DNA of 36,023 nucleotides, taken from a virus (taxonomy: Duplodnaviria > Heunggongvirae > Uroviricota > Caudoviricetes). The notes under the pieces were generated by a model. That model was not told the DNA's origin and made no database searches. It was given only the letters and a program-made list of their open reading frames with translations. This document shows, in pieces, positions 20,798 to 29,440 of the stretch. A program made the position numbers and the translations under genes. Location: the IMG/VR virus record IMGVR_UViG_2778261035_000011. One strand, written 5' to 3'. Position 1 is the first letter of the stretch. The number at the start of each line of letters is the position of its first letter.

Positions 20798-22316
20798 CCA
20801 GACGCCCCCATATATCGGCAACAAAAATGGCACGGGTCAGCATGTCGATAAGTTCTGCATCATCCATCTGCGGATATAATGAAGCGGCTTTGTTCATGGC
20901 GGCTTCCGGGCCATCTTTCAGCACAGAAAAAATGACGGGTTTCAGCAGGGGATCAACCGAACGCTGCCAGTCTTCCGGTGAGACGCCCATCCGGTCGATA
21001 TCATCCTCCTGCGGGATATCTTCAGCGGATAATGCAGCCTCTTTCTGCGGACCGTTATCCATGACGACCGGTTGAGCAGTAAACACGGCTTCATCACCGA
21101 CCGGCTGCGGAATATGGAGTTTTTCCTGTATCCAGGAGACCGGAATACGCATTCCCGCCGCCAGTTTCGGAATGGCGTCAGACAGTGCCGTAATATCACC
21201 CGCTTCACTGGTATCAAATACAATGCCCGGCAGGCGGTTAATATCAATGGTGCTGTCACTGTTCAGTGCCAGCAGGGGATAAATCAGGTCACGGTTAATA
21301 CTGCGGGCAAGCTGGCCCACATCCGCGTTACGGATTTCCCGGCGAACCTCATCATGCACTTCACCCAGCGACCGTGCACCTTTATCGCCGGCCTCTGTGG
21401 TCAGGGTGCCGCCCAGAATGGCTTTTGAAATCGCTTTTTCTGCCCAGCCAATCATCGCCATAAAGGGGTCTGACTGACCATCTGCGGCGCTCTGAAAATC
21501 CAGCGTCATCCCCATCGGAATAATGCCACCGGCACGTCGCCCGATATCCATCACGGCCTGCATCAGCGTGGCTTTCTCACGGTTCGTGGAGCCGGTCGGA
21601 TATTTACCGACGCGCATGGGAAGTCCGTAAATTTCCAGGAACTCTGCAAAATCACGCACGGAATAGTTTTTAAAAATAAAAGGCCAGATAAGCGTGCGTA
21701 CAAGGCCATTGGTGCCGACATACCCGGTACGGGATTTGGCCCGGTGCATAAACCAGCCAAACGGTTGCAGCTCCAGCCCGTGATAAGACGCATCACGCAG
21801 GCGTAATTCGTTCAGATTGTCGGGGTTCGCGCAGAACAGCGCCGGATCGCGATGATGCAGCGCCACCGGCACGCGCATTTTCCCCAGCCACCCCCATTCA
21901 ATCTCCTGCATGGAATAGCCCTTGAGAATGGCATCACCGGCATCAAACAGGGCATCTTCAAACCACGCCGCATCATGCAGATATTCATTCAGCATGTCGG
22001 CATCTTTTTTCTCCTGTGCGCTGGCATCACGTGCCGGAGCGATGCGCCATTCCAGCGCCTGAATGGCAAGGCGGCGTTTGCTCAGTTCGGAAAAAAGGTG
22101 GGTGTCCTTTTCTTCCATATCAAAGGCCAGGTCAGCCTGTGCGGTCAGATCACCGCGTTCGGCATCACGCAGCATCTGCGCGGCCCGGTTCGGCGTCACA
22201 CCACTGGAAGGATGCTCCTGCGTGCGCTTCATGACCATTGCCAGCTCATCGCTGCGGGTCTGCATTTCATCGTCAAAATCAAACGGCTGCCCGGAAATAT
22301 CCAGAATACGGCCCAT
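20778..22316 (-). CDS. H: portal protein H (Mu gp29-like)
   Basis: 512 aa; immediately downstream of the large terminase gene. Confidence 0.85.
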   Translation of the reverse strand: MGRILDISGQPFDFDDEMQTRSDELAMVMKRTQEHPSSGVTPNRAAQMLRDAERGDLTAQADLAFDMEEKDTHLFSELSKRRLAIQALEWRIAPARDASAQEKKDADMLNEYLHDAAWFEDALFDAGDAILKGYSMQEIEWGWLGKMRVPVALHHRDPALFCANPDNLNELRLRDASYHGLELQPFGWFMHRAKSRTGYVGTNGLVRTLIWPFIFKNYSVRDFAEFLEIYGLPMRVGKYPTGSTNREKATLMQAVMDIGRRAGGIIPMGMTLDFQSAADGQSDPFMAMIGWAEKAISKAILGGTLTTEAGDKGARSLGEVHDEVRREIRNADVGQLARSINRDLIYPLLALNSDSTIDINRLPGIVFDTSEAGDITALSDAIPKLAAGMRIPVSWIQEKLHIPQPVGDEAVFTAQPVVMDNGPQKEAALSAEDIPQEDDIDRMGVSPEDWQRSVDPLLKPVIFSVLKDGPEAAMNKAASLYPQMDDAELIDMLTRAIFVADIWGRLDAAADH

Positions 22317-23971
22317 TACCAGCCCCCTCGTTCAAACTGGTGATAATCATCAAAATCATCGTTATCAACATCATCACCACGGTGGCGTGGTGGCAGCGCC
22401 TGTATGCTGTCCTCGTCGATAACAAAACCATTCATATAAGACGCCCTGACAGCCATACAGAGCGCCACGGCAAAGTCACCATGTCGTCGGCCTTTACCGC
22501 TTTCATCTTTTGTGCGCCCCTTATCAATCTGCGGAATACCTTTGTCCACCTTGATATGAAGCAGGTCATCGAGTGTGGTCTGATGCCGGGCAATCGTGAT
22601 GTTCTGCGCTTCAAACTCGCCTTTCAGTTTCGGCATCCACTCCTGATACCAGGCGGCGGTCAGACTGATGCAGTCGATCATCTCCGGGCCATAAATCAGA
22701 CGGGCGGCTTCTGCCAGATAACCGCCGTTACCGGTGGCATCAAATGCAGCGCCGGTAAAACGGGGCAAACGGGACAGAATGAATAAAAGGATTTGTCGCT
22801 GCTGGTCATAGGTCACATTACGCAGCTCCACGCGGAAACATTCGCGTTTGCGTAAGTCAGGCGTGATGGCAAGCGGCACAAACACCGTCAGGTCGCCACG
22901 GCGTGCAAAGTCTTCGCCCAGTACGTGTTTATTGAGCGGCGACAGCGCATCGAGCAACGGGAGCAGCTCCTGTTCACACCAGTCCTGAACGATGCCGTGG
23001 CGCATTTGTGGTGTCAGCGATTCAAAATCGTCCGGGGCTTCAAAACGCAGAATCGGGATATCCCGCACTGGCGTCATGGCGGCTTCAATCAGCACGCGTG
23101 ACAGATAAGCGCCCCCGGATTTTTTGGGAATGCAGCCGTATTCCTCGTCGGCACTCTCTTTATTCGGCGCATTCCGGTACAGGCCATCACGCCAGGCTTT
23201 TTCCGCTTCCGGCGACCACGGCTGATTCGTGACGTAACAGATACGTCGGTACAACCCGTCAGCGATGGCATCATCCAGCGTGATACGGTGAACGCTGTAA
23301 TCCTTGCGCCCCTCGCGCGCATCCTGAATGTACTGGTTAAACAGGTTATCGACGCCGTTATGTGTCGATATGATCCGCACGCGGGCACCCCACATGGTGA
23401 GCGCAAAGGCCGCTTTCAGGAGTTCGTCCAGGGCTTCATGAAATGCCGCCTCATCAATCACCACGTCCCCCTGCAAACCACGCAGGTTAGACGGACGGCT
23501 TGACAGCGCCTGCACCTTAAATCCGCTGTTAGGGAAACGGATCATATAAGTGAGGATTTCTTCTTTTTTGTCGCTGTCCCAGAAGGTCTGCTCCCATACG
23601 TCAGCCTTTGCCAGCTGGTTAAAGGCGCGGGCAAACAGGGCACAGGCGGCGATATATTCCAGCGCCATTTCCTGACGGGAACCCACATAAAAAACGTTGC
23701 GACCGCCACGGCGACGCGGCTTTGCTGCCGTCATGACATTGCGGCCCGCTTCGGCCCATGTCAGACCGGTACGACGGGATTTTTCAGCGATGCAAATCTG
23801 GCTTTCATCCTCAAACCAGCGGCGCTGATAACCCAGGAAAACCGGTTCATTGCGGGGCTGTGCTTCACCGATATCGGTCACGATATTCACGCCGAGCAGT
23901 CCGGCTTCCTCACGCAGGTTGATTTTGCGGGGCGCATGAAGGGCTTTAAGGTTGTTTTCTCTGGTGTTCAT
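22316..23971 (-). CDS. E: terminase large subunit E (Mu gp28-like)
   Basis: 551 aa; Walker A-like EKSRRTG and Walker B-like VVIDEAAF visible; start at ATG 23971 with GAGAGGG RBS (the track's 615-aa extension overlaps the upstream gene). Confidence 0.85.
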   Translation of the reverse strand: MNTRENNLKALHAPRKINLREEAGLLGVNIVTDIGEAQPRNEPVFLGYQRRWFEDESQICIAEKSRRTGLTWAEAGRNVMTAAKPRRRGGRNVFYVGSRQEMALEYIAACALFARAFNQLAKADVWEQTFWDSDKKEEILTYMIRFPNSGFKVQALSSRPSNLRGLQGDVVIDEAAFHEALDELLKAAFALTMWGARVRIISTHNGVDNLFNQYIQDAREGRKDYSVHRITLDDAIADGLYRRICYVTNQPWSPEAEKAWRDGLYRNAPNKESADEEYGCIPKKSGGAYLSRVLIEAAMTPVRDIPILRFEAPDDFESLTPQMRHGIVQDWCEQELLPLLDALSPLNKHVLGEDFARRGDLTVFVPLAITPDLRKRECFRVELRNVTYDQQRQILLFILSRLPRFTGAAFDATGNGGYLAEAARLIYGPEMIDCISLTAAWYQEWMPKLKGEFEAQNITIARHQTTLDDLLHIKVDKGIPQIDKGRTKDESGKGRRHGDFAVALCMAVRASYMNGFVIDEDSIQALPPRHRGDDVDNDDFDDYHQFERGGW

Positions 23972-23978
23972 AACCCTC

Positions 23979-24569
23979 TCATGCCTTACCCAGCAGCACA
24001 TCACGGATACGCTGCTCCAGCTCTTCGCTGATGCCATCCTGCCCGCGCAGTTCTTCACTGACGGCGTTTGCCGCTTCTTCTGCGAATGCCTGGCGGATTT
24101 CTTTCTCGCGCCGGTGGCTGGACATTGCCGTGGATTCCAGACGCTGTGCCGCCAGCATGGCATTTTTCAGCAGGTCAATATCCACGTCAGATTCCGGGTT
24201 TTCGATTTGCCGCATCATGGCCTTAAAAAGCTGGCTTCGGGCCATTTCCAGAATCAGCTTTGTGGTTTCTCCCATTGGCTTGTCGCCAAGTTCTGCGGTC
24301 AGTGCTGACGTCATTTCACGCATCTGTCGCAGGTTATGGCCTACCTGCTCGACGTTCGTCGCGTAACGGTTCAGACCGGAACGGGAGAGTTTCATCTCAT
24401 CCGGCAGGCCAGCGTCTTTAATCAGTGCGTTAATTTCTTCCAGAATGCGGGCCTGTGGGATCGCTTTATCACGCAGCATTTCATGCAGCGTTTTACGTAC
24501 GTTTTCCGGCAGTAAATCCACTTTTGAAGCCCGGCCCCGTGTTTTCCTGTCCATCACGCCTCCTGTCAT
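23979..24569 (-). CDS. D: terminase small subunit-like protein D (Mu gp27-like)
   Basis: 196 aa; directly upstream of the large terminase gene. Confidence 0.65.
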   Translation of the reverse strand: MTGGVMDRKTRGRASKVDLLPENVRKTLHEMLRDKAIPQARILEEINALIKDAGLPDEMKLSRSGLNRYATNVEQVGHNLRQMREMTSALTAELGDKPMGETTKLILEMARSQLFKAMMRQIENPESDVDIDLLKNAMLAAQRLESTAMSSHRREKEIRQAFAEEAANAVSEELRGQDGISEELEQRIRDVLLGKA

Positions 24570-24856
24570 GCACGGGGACGAGGACGCTTGACACCGGCAA
24601 CGCGGGCACGACCTTCTGCCACATCCTGACCTCGGGAGGTCAGCGTTACGACATAAAAGCCGCGCAGGTTTTCCACGGTGACCAGTTGCTGCTCTGCCAG
24701 CCAGTCAATCTGGCCGCGAACCACATCGCGGGAAACGTTGTGTCCGTATGCATCCAGACAGTCCTGAAGGATGGATTCGTTTGCTTCGTTATTGCAGTCC
24801 ATCAGGGAACGCAGGATGACCAGACGACGGTCTTCGGTCAGAATATCGTTAATCAT
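24566..24856 (-). CDS. hypothetical protein (Mu gp26-like)
   Basis: 96 aa; synteny between lysis genes and terminase genes. Confidence 0.45.
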   Translation of the reverse strand: MINDILTEDRRLVILRSLMDCNNEANESILQDCLDAYGHNVSRDVVRGQIDWLAEQQLVTVENLRGFYVVTLTSRGQDVAEGRARVAGVKRPRPRA

Positions 24857-25152
24857 GAATTACTCCGGTTTACTGCGTTTTCAAGCAGCAGCTCCAGTTG
24901 ATGGGAAAATGACTGCACCCGCTGGGACAGCACCCGGATATCGCCGGACAGCTCTGCAATTCGCAGGCGCATTTCGTGTACATCTTCTGTGCCAGGGATG
25001 CTGGCGTAGCGGGTTTCCATTTCGGTCATCCGGTTTTCAAGACGCTCCACACGCTCAGTGCTGGCAAAACTACGACGCATTGCCCAGACGGCCCCACCGG
25101 CCACAACAGGCAACAGGTAAGGCCATAACGCTAAAACTGAAATCAAATCCAT
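24853..25152 (-). CDS. membrane protein with N-terminal TM helix and coiled coil (Mu gp25-like, possible releasin/lysis regulator)
   Basis: 99 aa from ATG 25152 (MDLISVLALWPYLLPVVAGGAVWA...); position at the end of the lysis cassette. The releasin role is recalled from Mu literature and not verifiable here. Confidence 0.45.
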   Translation of the reverse strand: MDLISVLALWPYLLPVVAGGAVWAMRRSFASTERVERLENRMTEMETRYASIPGTEDVHEMRLRIAELSGDIRVLSQRVQSFSHQLELLLENAVNRSNS

Positions 25153-25346
25153 TATTCTGCTCCACGGCACCAGTGGCAGTAGTTCGCCATCGGCTGCTGT
25201 CTCAGCACATCAGGCCGCAGCTCACGACCGCAACCGGCACACAATACAGGCGGGTCATACGCCGCCGGGCGGGGAATATCACGGGTATCCCCCTGCCAGA
25301 GTTCAGCGAGCAGCAGCGCCACCGCCCGGTTCTGGTCTTCGTTCAT
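25152..25346 (-). CDS. small Cys-containing protein (possible zinc ribbon)
   Basis: 64 aa with CAGC...CHWC; AGGAAAG RBS upstream of ATG 25346; stop overlaps the start of the following gene. Confidence 0.4.
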   Translation of the reverse strand: MNEDQNRAVALLLAELWQGDTRDIPRPAAYDPPVLCAGCGRELRPDVLRQQPMANYCHWCRGAE

Positions 25347-25659
25347 AAATTTCTTTCCTTCGGGTCTCCTGTTCCCGGACTGATGCCTTGTCGCGGTTGC
25401 ACTGCCCGAGCGCCATCAACAGGTCAGCATTCCAGAGAAGGGATGCTCCCCACGTCAGGGGCTGTGGCATGGGCGGAACGGGCGTTGCTTCCGTCAGTTC
25501 TGCATCAGTTTCGGGCAGGATCACCACCGATGGCACGGGTGCGTTTTTCGAGTTCCCGCAACCTGTCAGCAGCAACGGCAGGCACAGGACGAGTGCTGCA
25601 ATTGTCACCGGTAATGGCGGTTGTAATTTTTTGTTTTGCATCATGATGTTCTGTCTCAT
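25303..25659 (-). CDS. outer-membrane spanin-like lipoprotein (o-spanin, Rz1-like)
   Basis: ATG 25659; signal peptide followed by lipobox LLTGC and a Pro-rich mature region; the gene starts inside the i-spanin gene in another frame. Confidence 0.55.
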   Translation of the reverse strand: MRQNIMMQNKKLQPPLPVTIAALVLCLPLLLTGCGNSKNAPVPSVVILPETDAELTEATPVPPMPQPLTWGASLLWNADLLMALGQCNRDKASVREQETRRKEIYERRPEPGGGAAAR

Positions 25660-25891
25660 CTTCCAGCCGCGCGGCACGATTTGCGGCACGGATAGCGGAA
25701 AATACCTGCATCGTCTGTTCCTGACTGTGTAACAACCATTCAGCCGTGTTGCGGGCCTGTTGCTCCGTCTGTAATTCACGGCGCAGCGTCTGGTTATCGT
25801 GGCGGGTGCTGTCCAGCCTGTGCCACAACACCCCGGACAGAACGGCGGCAAACACGGCTGCCAGCAGTAAACTTTTACTGGCGAAGGTCAT
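25505..25891 (-). CDS. inner-membrane spanin-like protein (i-spanin, Rz-like)
   Basis: 128 aa; N-terminal TM helix (LLLAAVFAAVLSGVLW) then charged coiled-coil region; overlaps the lys 3' end. Confidence 0.6.
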   Translation of the reverse strand: MTFASKSLLLAAVFAAVLSGVLWHRLDSTRHDNQTLRRELQTEQQARNTAEWLLHSQEQTMQVFSAIRAANRAARLEDETEHHDAKQKITTAITGDNCSTRPVPAVAADRLRELEKRTRAIGGDPARN

Positions 25892-26393
25892 CCGCCCCCC
25901 TGATATTCCAGATTGCCATTTCCACTTCGCGACGGTTCATCAGTCCTTTCCATTTATGGCCTGCGGCAAACACCCAGCGGGCCATCTGGTCACGCGCTCC
26001 GGCGTAATCACCGGCATTGAGTTTTTTCAGCAGCGTTGATTTACTGAATGCGGTAACACCGGTGTTGAAAATAAACGTTGCCAGCGCCGTTTTCTGATAT
26101 GGCGTCAGCGGCACCCTGACAAGACGATCGATTGCCGCATAAACCGGTTTTAAATCACTGTCGAGAAGAGCCATACACTCCGCATGGCTGTAACGGCGCA
26201 TTTCGATATCCGGCCCGGTATGTCCCACACAGACCGTAAGCACACCGGCAATATCGCGGTAAGGCATATAAGCGATATTTTCCAGATGGATCAGAGACTG
26301 ACGGGTCATTTCCTGATAACCACCCACACCTCCACCGGCAATCGTTGCCGCCAGCAGTGCGGCTTTCAGTTTTTTTGGTATCCCCGCCATCAT
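25875..26393 (-). CDS. lys: endolysin, lysozyme-like with N-terminal signal-anchor-release (SAR) type hydrophobic segment
   Basis: 172 aa; N-terminus KKLKAALLAATIAGGGVGGY is weakly hydrophobic and Gly/Ala-rich, typical of SAR endolysins; first gene after C. Confidence 0.85.
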   Translation of the reverse strand: MMAGIPKKLKAALLAATIAGGGVGGYQEMTRQSLIHLENIAYMPYRDIAGVLTVCVGHTGPDIEMRRYSHAECMALLDSDLKPVYAAIDRLVRVPLTPYQKTALATFIFNTGVTAFSKSTLLKKLNAGDYAGARDQMARWVFAAGHKWKGLMNRREVEMAIWNIRGADDLRQ

Positions 26394-26461
26394 GCTTCCC
26401 TGAAAAAATGCTCTGATGGCAGTCTAAAAAATCAGATGGCAGGTGCGGGATTATGGTGACA
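26394..26461 (-). promoter_or_regulatory. expected C-dependent late promoter Plys (positional)
   Basis: Non-coding gap between the C terminator hairpin and the lys start; no motif verified. Confidence 0.3.
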
Positions 26462-26488
26462 GGAAATAACCGGCAGGATGCCGGTTAT
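26462..26488 (-). terminator. putative intrinsic terminator at the end of C (end of middle transcript)
   Basis: Hairpin AACCGGCA-GGA-TGCCGGTT overlapping the C stop codon, followed on the minus-strand RNA by UUAUUUCCU. Confidence 0.45.
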
Positions 26489-26907
26489 TTCTGGCTTTCA
26501 GGTGAGAACAGATCAGGCTGATGACGTCGTGTATGCAGCTTTCTCTGGCGGGCAATAATCTGGTAGATCTGCGGCTGGGACAGGCGATACTGGCAACGCA
26601 GTTCTTCCATGTTACGACCATTGAACTGGCAGTAAAGCAAATCGTCGCGTAACGCGGTCAGGATCGTATCGCCGCAGGGGATGTAAAACTGCCGTCCCCC
26701 CAGAAAACAGGACAGGGCAACGGCCTGTTTACGGGCAAGCTCACGGGGATTGCTGACGTTCTGGCGTTTCAGTTCGTTTTCCAGAACATCAATCAGATCA
26801 ACCACCGAACGGGGCCAGCGTGATTCCAGTTCCGGGGCCGGGATGTTATCAATATGTCCGATTAACTGGCGAATTGCCGGATCGTGTTCAAATAAATCAT
26901 GCTGCAT
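26485..26907 (-). CDS. C: late gene transcriptional activator C (Mor/C family)
   Basis: 140 aa; clear paralogue of the Mor ORF at 27700..28089 (shared ...FNGRN..EL...Y..S...IY.I. C-terminal HTH region); immediately upstream of the lysis/late genes. Confidence 0.85.
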   Translation of the reverse strand: MQHDLFEHDPAIRQLIGHIDNIPAPELESRWPRSVVDLIDVLENELKRQNVSNPRELARKQAVALSCFLGGRQFYIPCGDTILTALRDDLLYCQFNGRNMEELRCQYRLSQPQIYQIIARQRKLHTRRHQPDLFSPESQK

Positions 26908-26919
26908 ATTTTCCCCCGG

Positions 26920-27039
26920 TTAACAGACAGAAAGATACACCACGGCACTGATGGTTATCAGAACCACAAGGGCAATCACTTTTATCGCACTCATCAGCGT
27001 GGACGGCCCGAAACATTCATCACTGAATTTTCTGTACAT
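26920..27039 (-). CDS. possible 39-aa single-TM membrane peptide (not in the supplied ORF track)
   Basis: ATG at 27039 with AAGGGG RBS; translation MYRKFSDECFGPSTLMSAIKVIALVVLITISAVVYLSVC; fills the gap between the membrane protein gene and C. Confidence 0.3.
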   Translation of the reverse strand: MYRKFSDECFGPSTLMSAIKVIALVVLITISAVVYLSVC

Positions 27040-27048
27040 GGTGCCCCT

Positions 27049-27411
27049 TTACCCGAACAGACGAGCGCGAAAACGAAAGGAGAGCCAGAACGTCAGCAAT
27101 CCGGCCAGCGCCCAGATGACATGCTCAGGACCCGTTTTCAGTTGAGACGTTACCATCACGGCTAATCCCAGCCCGGACAGACTCCCCAGCCAGGTCAGCG
27201 GCCAGACGAACCGGGCAAAATGTTCAGGCACCCGGCAGCTCATTATCAGCGCATCCAGACAATCACCGGCAACACATAAAGCAACACTGAAAACCGAGGC
27301 ACAGCAAAACATCAGCGCGCGCCAGCCACAAAACAGACTTATCCACAATAACAGCGCCAGTAACACCACCGATAAAAAATCAGGCCACTGACGAGCAGAA
27401 CGCTCAGACAT
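27049..27411 (-). CDS. multi-pass membrane protein in middle operon (holin-like candidate)
   Basis: 120 aa from ATG 27411 (GGGAG RBS); several hydrophobic helices; the track's longer start is a TTG. Confidence 0.5.
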   Translation of the reverse strand: MSERSARQWPDFLSVVLLALLLWISLFCGWRALMFCCASVFSVALCVAGDCLDALIMSCRVPEHFARFVWPLTWLGSLSGLGLAVMVTSQLKTGPEHVIWALAGLLTFWLSFRFRARLFG

Positions 27412-27622
27412 AATGTTTCTCCCTGTAAAGCAGGCAATGATGAAGAATTTCCGGCATATCAACTGACTGCCAGCCTTTCATGTAATAACTGCCGTGGGTG
27501 CCATCATGACCGGTATAGTCGCGGGGCGCAGGACGTGGCCCACCGGCGACACGGTGCAAAACCTCCTGACGCAGCCGCTCACGTCTGCCAAGATGAAAGG
27601 ATGCATTCCAGCCTTTACCCAT
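27404..27622 (-). CDS. hypothetical protein, first gene of middle operon
   Basis: 72 aa; ATG 27622 with GGGGGA RBS; lies just downstream of the early terminator. Confidence 0.45.
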   Translation of the reverse strand: MGKGWNASFHLGRRERLRQEVLHRVAGGPRPAPRDYTGHDGTHGSYYMKGWQSVDMPEILHHCLLYREKHYV

Positions 27623-27669
27623 GATGATTTCCCCCGGTACGGTTATTCATCACAGGATATTGAGGACGT
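27623..27669 (-). promoter_or_regulatory. expected Mor-dependent middle promoter Pm (positional)
   Basis: Short gap between the early-operon terminator and the first middle-operon gene; Mu Pm is recalled to lie just after the early terminator; no motif verified. Confidence 0.35.
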
Positions 27670-27694
27670 AAAAAAAGCCGGATTAACCGGCTTT
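27670..27694 (-). terminator. rho-independent terminator of the early operon, immediately after mor
   Basis: Minus-strand RNA AAAGCCGG-UUAAU-CCGGCUUU followed by a 7-U tract (plus-strand A run 27670-27676); 6 nt downstream of the mor stop. Confidence 0.7.
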
Positions 27695-27699
27695 ACTGT

Positions 27700-28089
27700 T
27701 TACAGAAGTGAGGGCTGGTACTGGCGGTATTTCAGCCGTCGCATCCGGCGAATGGCCTTGTAAACCGTATTGAAAGTGACACCATAACGGGTGGTCAGTT
27801 CGCTGACGTTGCGACCGTTAAAATCATTCCAGATACGCAAATCCCGAATCAGCGAGTCCAGAACCTGACCGCGTGGAATGTAGACCTGACCGCCGCCCAG
27901 ATGCTTACAGATAGCCACAACAATCTCCAGTGAATGGGCAGGATCAACACCCAGCCGGGACAATTCCCCGCGTAGTAAATCGTTCAGCTCCGCCAGCAGT
28001 GCCGGAAAGCGTGACGTATCCTCTGCGGGATTGTCAAGATGTGCCAGGATGGTGTCATCCTGCAAATCACCAAATAAATCTTCCGTCAT
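27700..28089 (-). CDS. mor: middle operon regulator Mor (Mor/C family transcription activator)
   Basis: 129 aa; paralogous to C (26485..26907); last gene before the early terminator, as in Mu. Confidence 0.85.
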   Translation of the reverse strand: MTEDLFGDLQDDTILAHLDNPAEDTSRFPALLAELNDLLRGELSRLGVDPAHSLEIVVAICKHLGGGQVYIPRGQVLDSLIRDLRIWNDFNGRNVSELTTRYGVTFNTVYKAIRRMRRLKYRQYQPSLL

Positions 28090-28637
28090 TGTGCCATCCT
28101 CCGTGTCTTTCTGGCATGGGCATAAGCCGCCGTCATGGCATCATAGCCGCGCAGTTCACGACCGGACGGACTGACCGGCAATGGAAGCCCGTGACGGGAA
28201 AAGGCTTCACGAATACAGCGGATGTGCCACTGCTTGAGTGTTTCGAGGACTGTCAGCAGCGTGTCGCCATGACACCACGCCAGTGTGGAAACGCCCTGTC
28301 CGCCGTTGCGTTTCGCGGTCAGGCGCTGAACATATTTATCCAGCGCCACATCACCGCCATCGGCAATAAAACCGTCTTCTGCCATCTGCTGCCAGATTTT
28401 ATACACCTTCTCACGGGGCGTGACATGCCCCTTAAAGCGGCGACGGGGGTATTTATTCTGCTTCTTAAAGCCGCGTTCTTTCATGGCACCGAGCACCTGT
28501 TCCAGTTGCGTGACCGTCAGCTCGCGGCAACTGATTTTGCCTGTTTTCTGCATCAGAAAAGCGCGGTAAGTGTCATCGTCGAGTTGTAGTTCCCGACGGG
28601 CGACATGGATTAATTTAATCAGGGATGTGCGACTCAT
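28086..28637 (-). CDS. gemA: GemA-like regulatory protein (Mu gp16 family)
   Basis: 183 aa from ATG 28637 (GGAGG RBS); immediately upstream of and overlapping mor, as in Mu. Confidence 0.7.
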   Translation of the reverse strand: MSRTSLIKLIHVARRELQLDDDTYRAFLMQKTGKISCRELTVTQLEQVLGAMKERGFKKQNKYPRRRFKGHVTPREKVYKIWQQMAEDGFIADGGDVALDKYVQRLTAKRNGGQGVSTLAWCHGDTLLTVLETLKQWHIRCIREAFSRHGLPLPVSPSGRELRGYDAMTAAYAHARKTRRMAQ

Positions 28638-28740
28638 GATCGTACCTCCGGAAAGGGGGCGGTGCTGCAACACCGCCTGAATTTACACATCAATCAGAGT
28701 GGATTTTATGGAAAATAATGTTTTAGTTTCATTATTCATA

Positions 28741-28923
28741 TTATTCACCTTCACAATTCATGCACGCCGTGTCATCGCCCATATCGCAGTGGTTGCATTT
28801 CTGCCCACCACAATGAGGGCACTCTTTCAGATATTCAGGGTTTTCATTACCGCAGGTCGGACATTCCTGCTTCACAGTGGTAAATGTCCCCAGCCACGAA
28901 TACGATGTTTCATTGTTTTCCAT
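28741..28923 (-). CDS. small zinc-ribbon protein (8 Cys in four CxxC-type pairs)
   Basis: 60 aa with CPTCG...CPHCG...CNHC...CMNC; GGAGG RBS upstream of ATG 28923. Confidence 0.5.
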   Translation of the reverse strand: MENNETSYSWLGTFTTVKQECPTCGNENPEYLKECPHCGGQKCNHCDMGDDTACMNCEGE

Positions 28924-29440
28924 TGTTTACCTCCGCCTGTTTTTGCGCCCGGATAAATTCGTCAGAAAGGATTTCAGTCATGCGGCCTTGTGCGGGCGTC
29001 ATCCCCGTCATGACGTAAATCACATCACCAACACGGAACCACTGGAGAGGTCCGAATATTGTTGCGCTGAAATCCAGTCCCAGTGCGGGTAAGAGAGCAT
29101 CTGTGCGGGCATAAGTGACCGGAATATTCTCCTGCCATATTTTCGCCAGCTCTTTTGCCTGCTCCCTGAGATGAACAGGTATCCGCGAAGTTCTGGGCCT
29201 GCAACTGTTACCTGATGCGGGCCGTTGTACGGTCCACAGCTCCCGCGAGAAAGGGCGCTCATTCCCCGGAAAGTTCACACCATGAAAATAACGCCCACCA
29301 ATACCTGTGCTGAATACTGACCGGCAACCACAACCCAGAACCTTATCAAGATGGCGGGCTTCTTCGCGTAGTTTCAGACAGTCCGCCATAAACTGGTCCC
29401 ACGCCAGCAGTGCTGCGGGATTTGACGTTTTAAAAAACAT
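28910..29440 (-). CDS. hypothetical early protein
   Basis: 176 aa from ATG 29440, which overlaps the stop of the upstream gene (TGATG coupling); the track's longer start is a TTG. Confidence 0.5.
   Translation of the reverse strand: MFFKTSNPAALLAWDQFMADCLKLREEARHLDKVLGCGCRSVFSTGIGGRYFHGVNFPGNERPFSRELWTVQRPASGNSCRPRTSRIPVHLREQAKELAKIWQENIPVTYARTDALLPALGLDFSATIFGPLQWFRVGDVIYVMTGMTPAQGRMTEILSDEFIRAQKQAEVNNGKQ

Noticed and set aside
22316-24163. 615-aa version of the large terminase ORF
   Set aside because: The 5' extension overlaps the upstream gp27-like gene in another frame. An internal ATG at 23971 with an RBS gives a typical 551-aa terminase.
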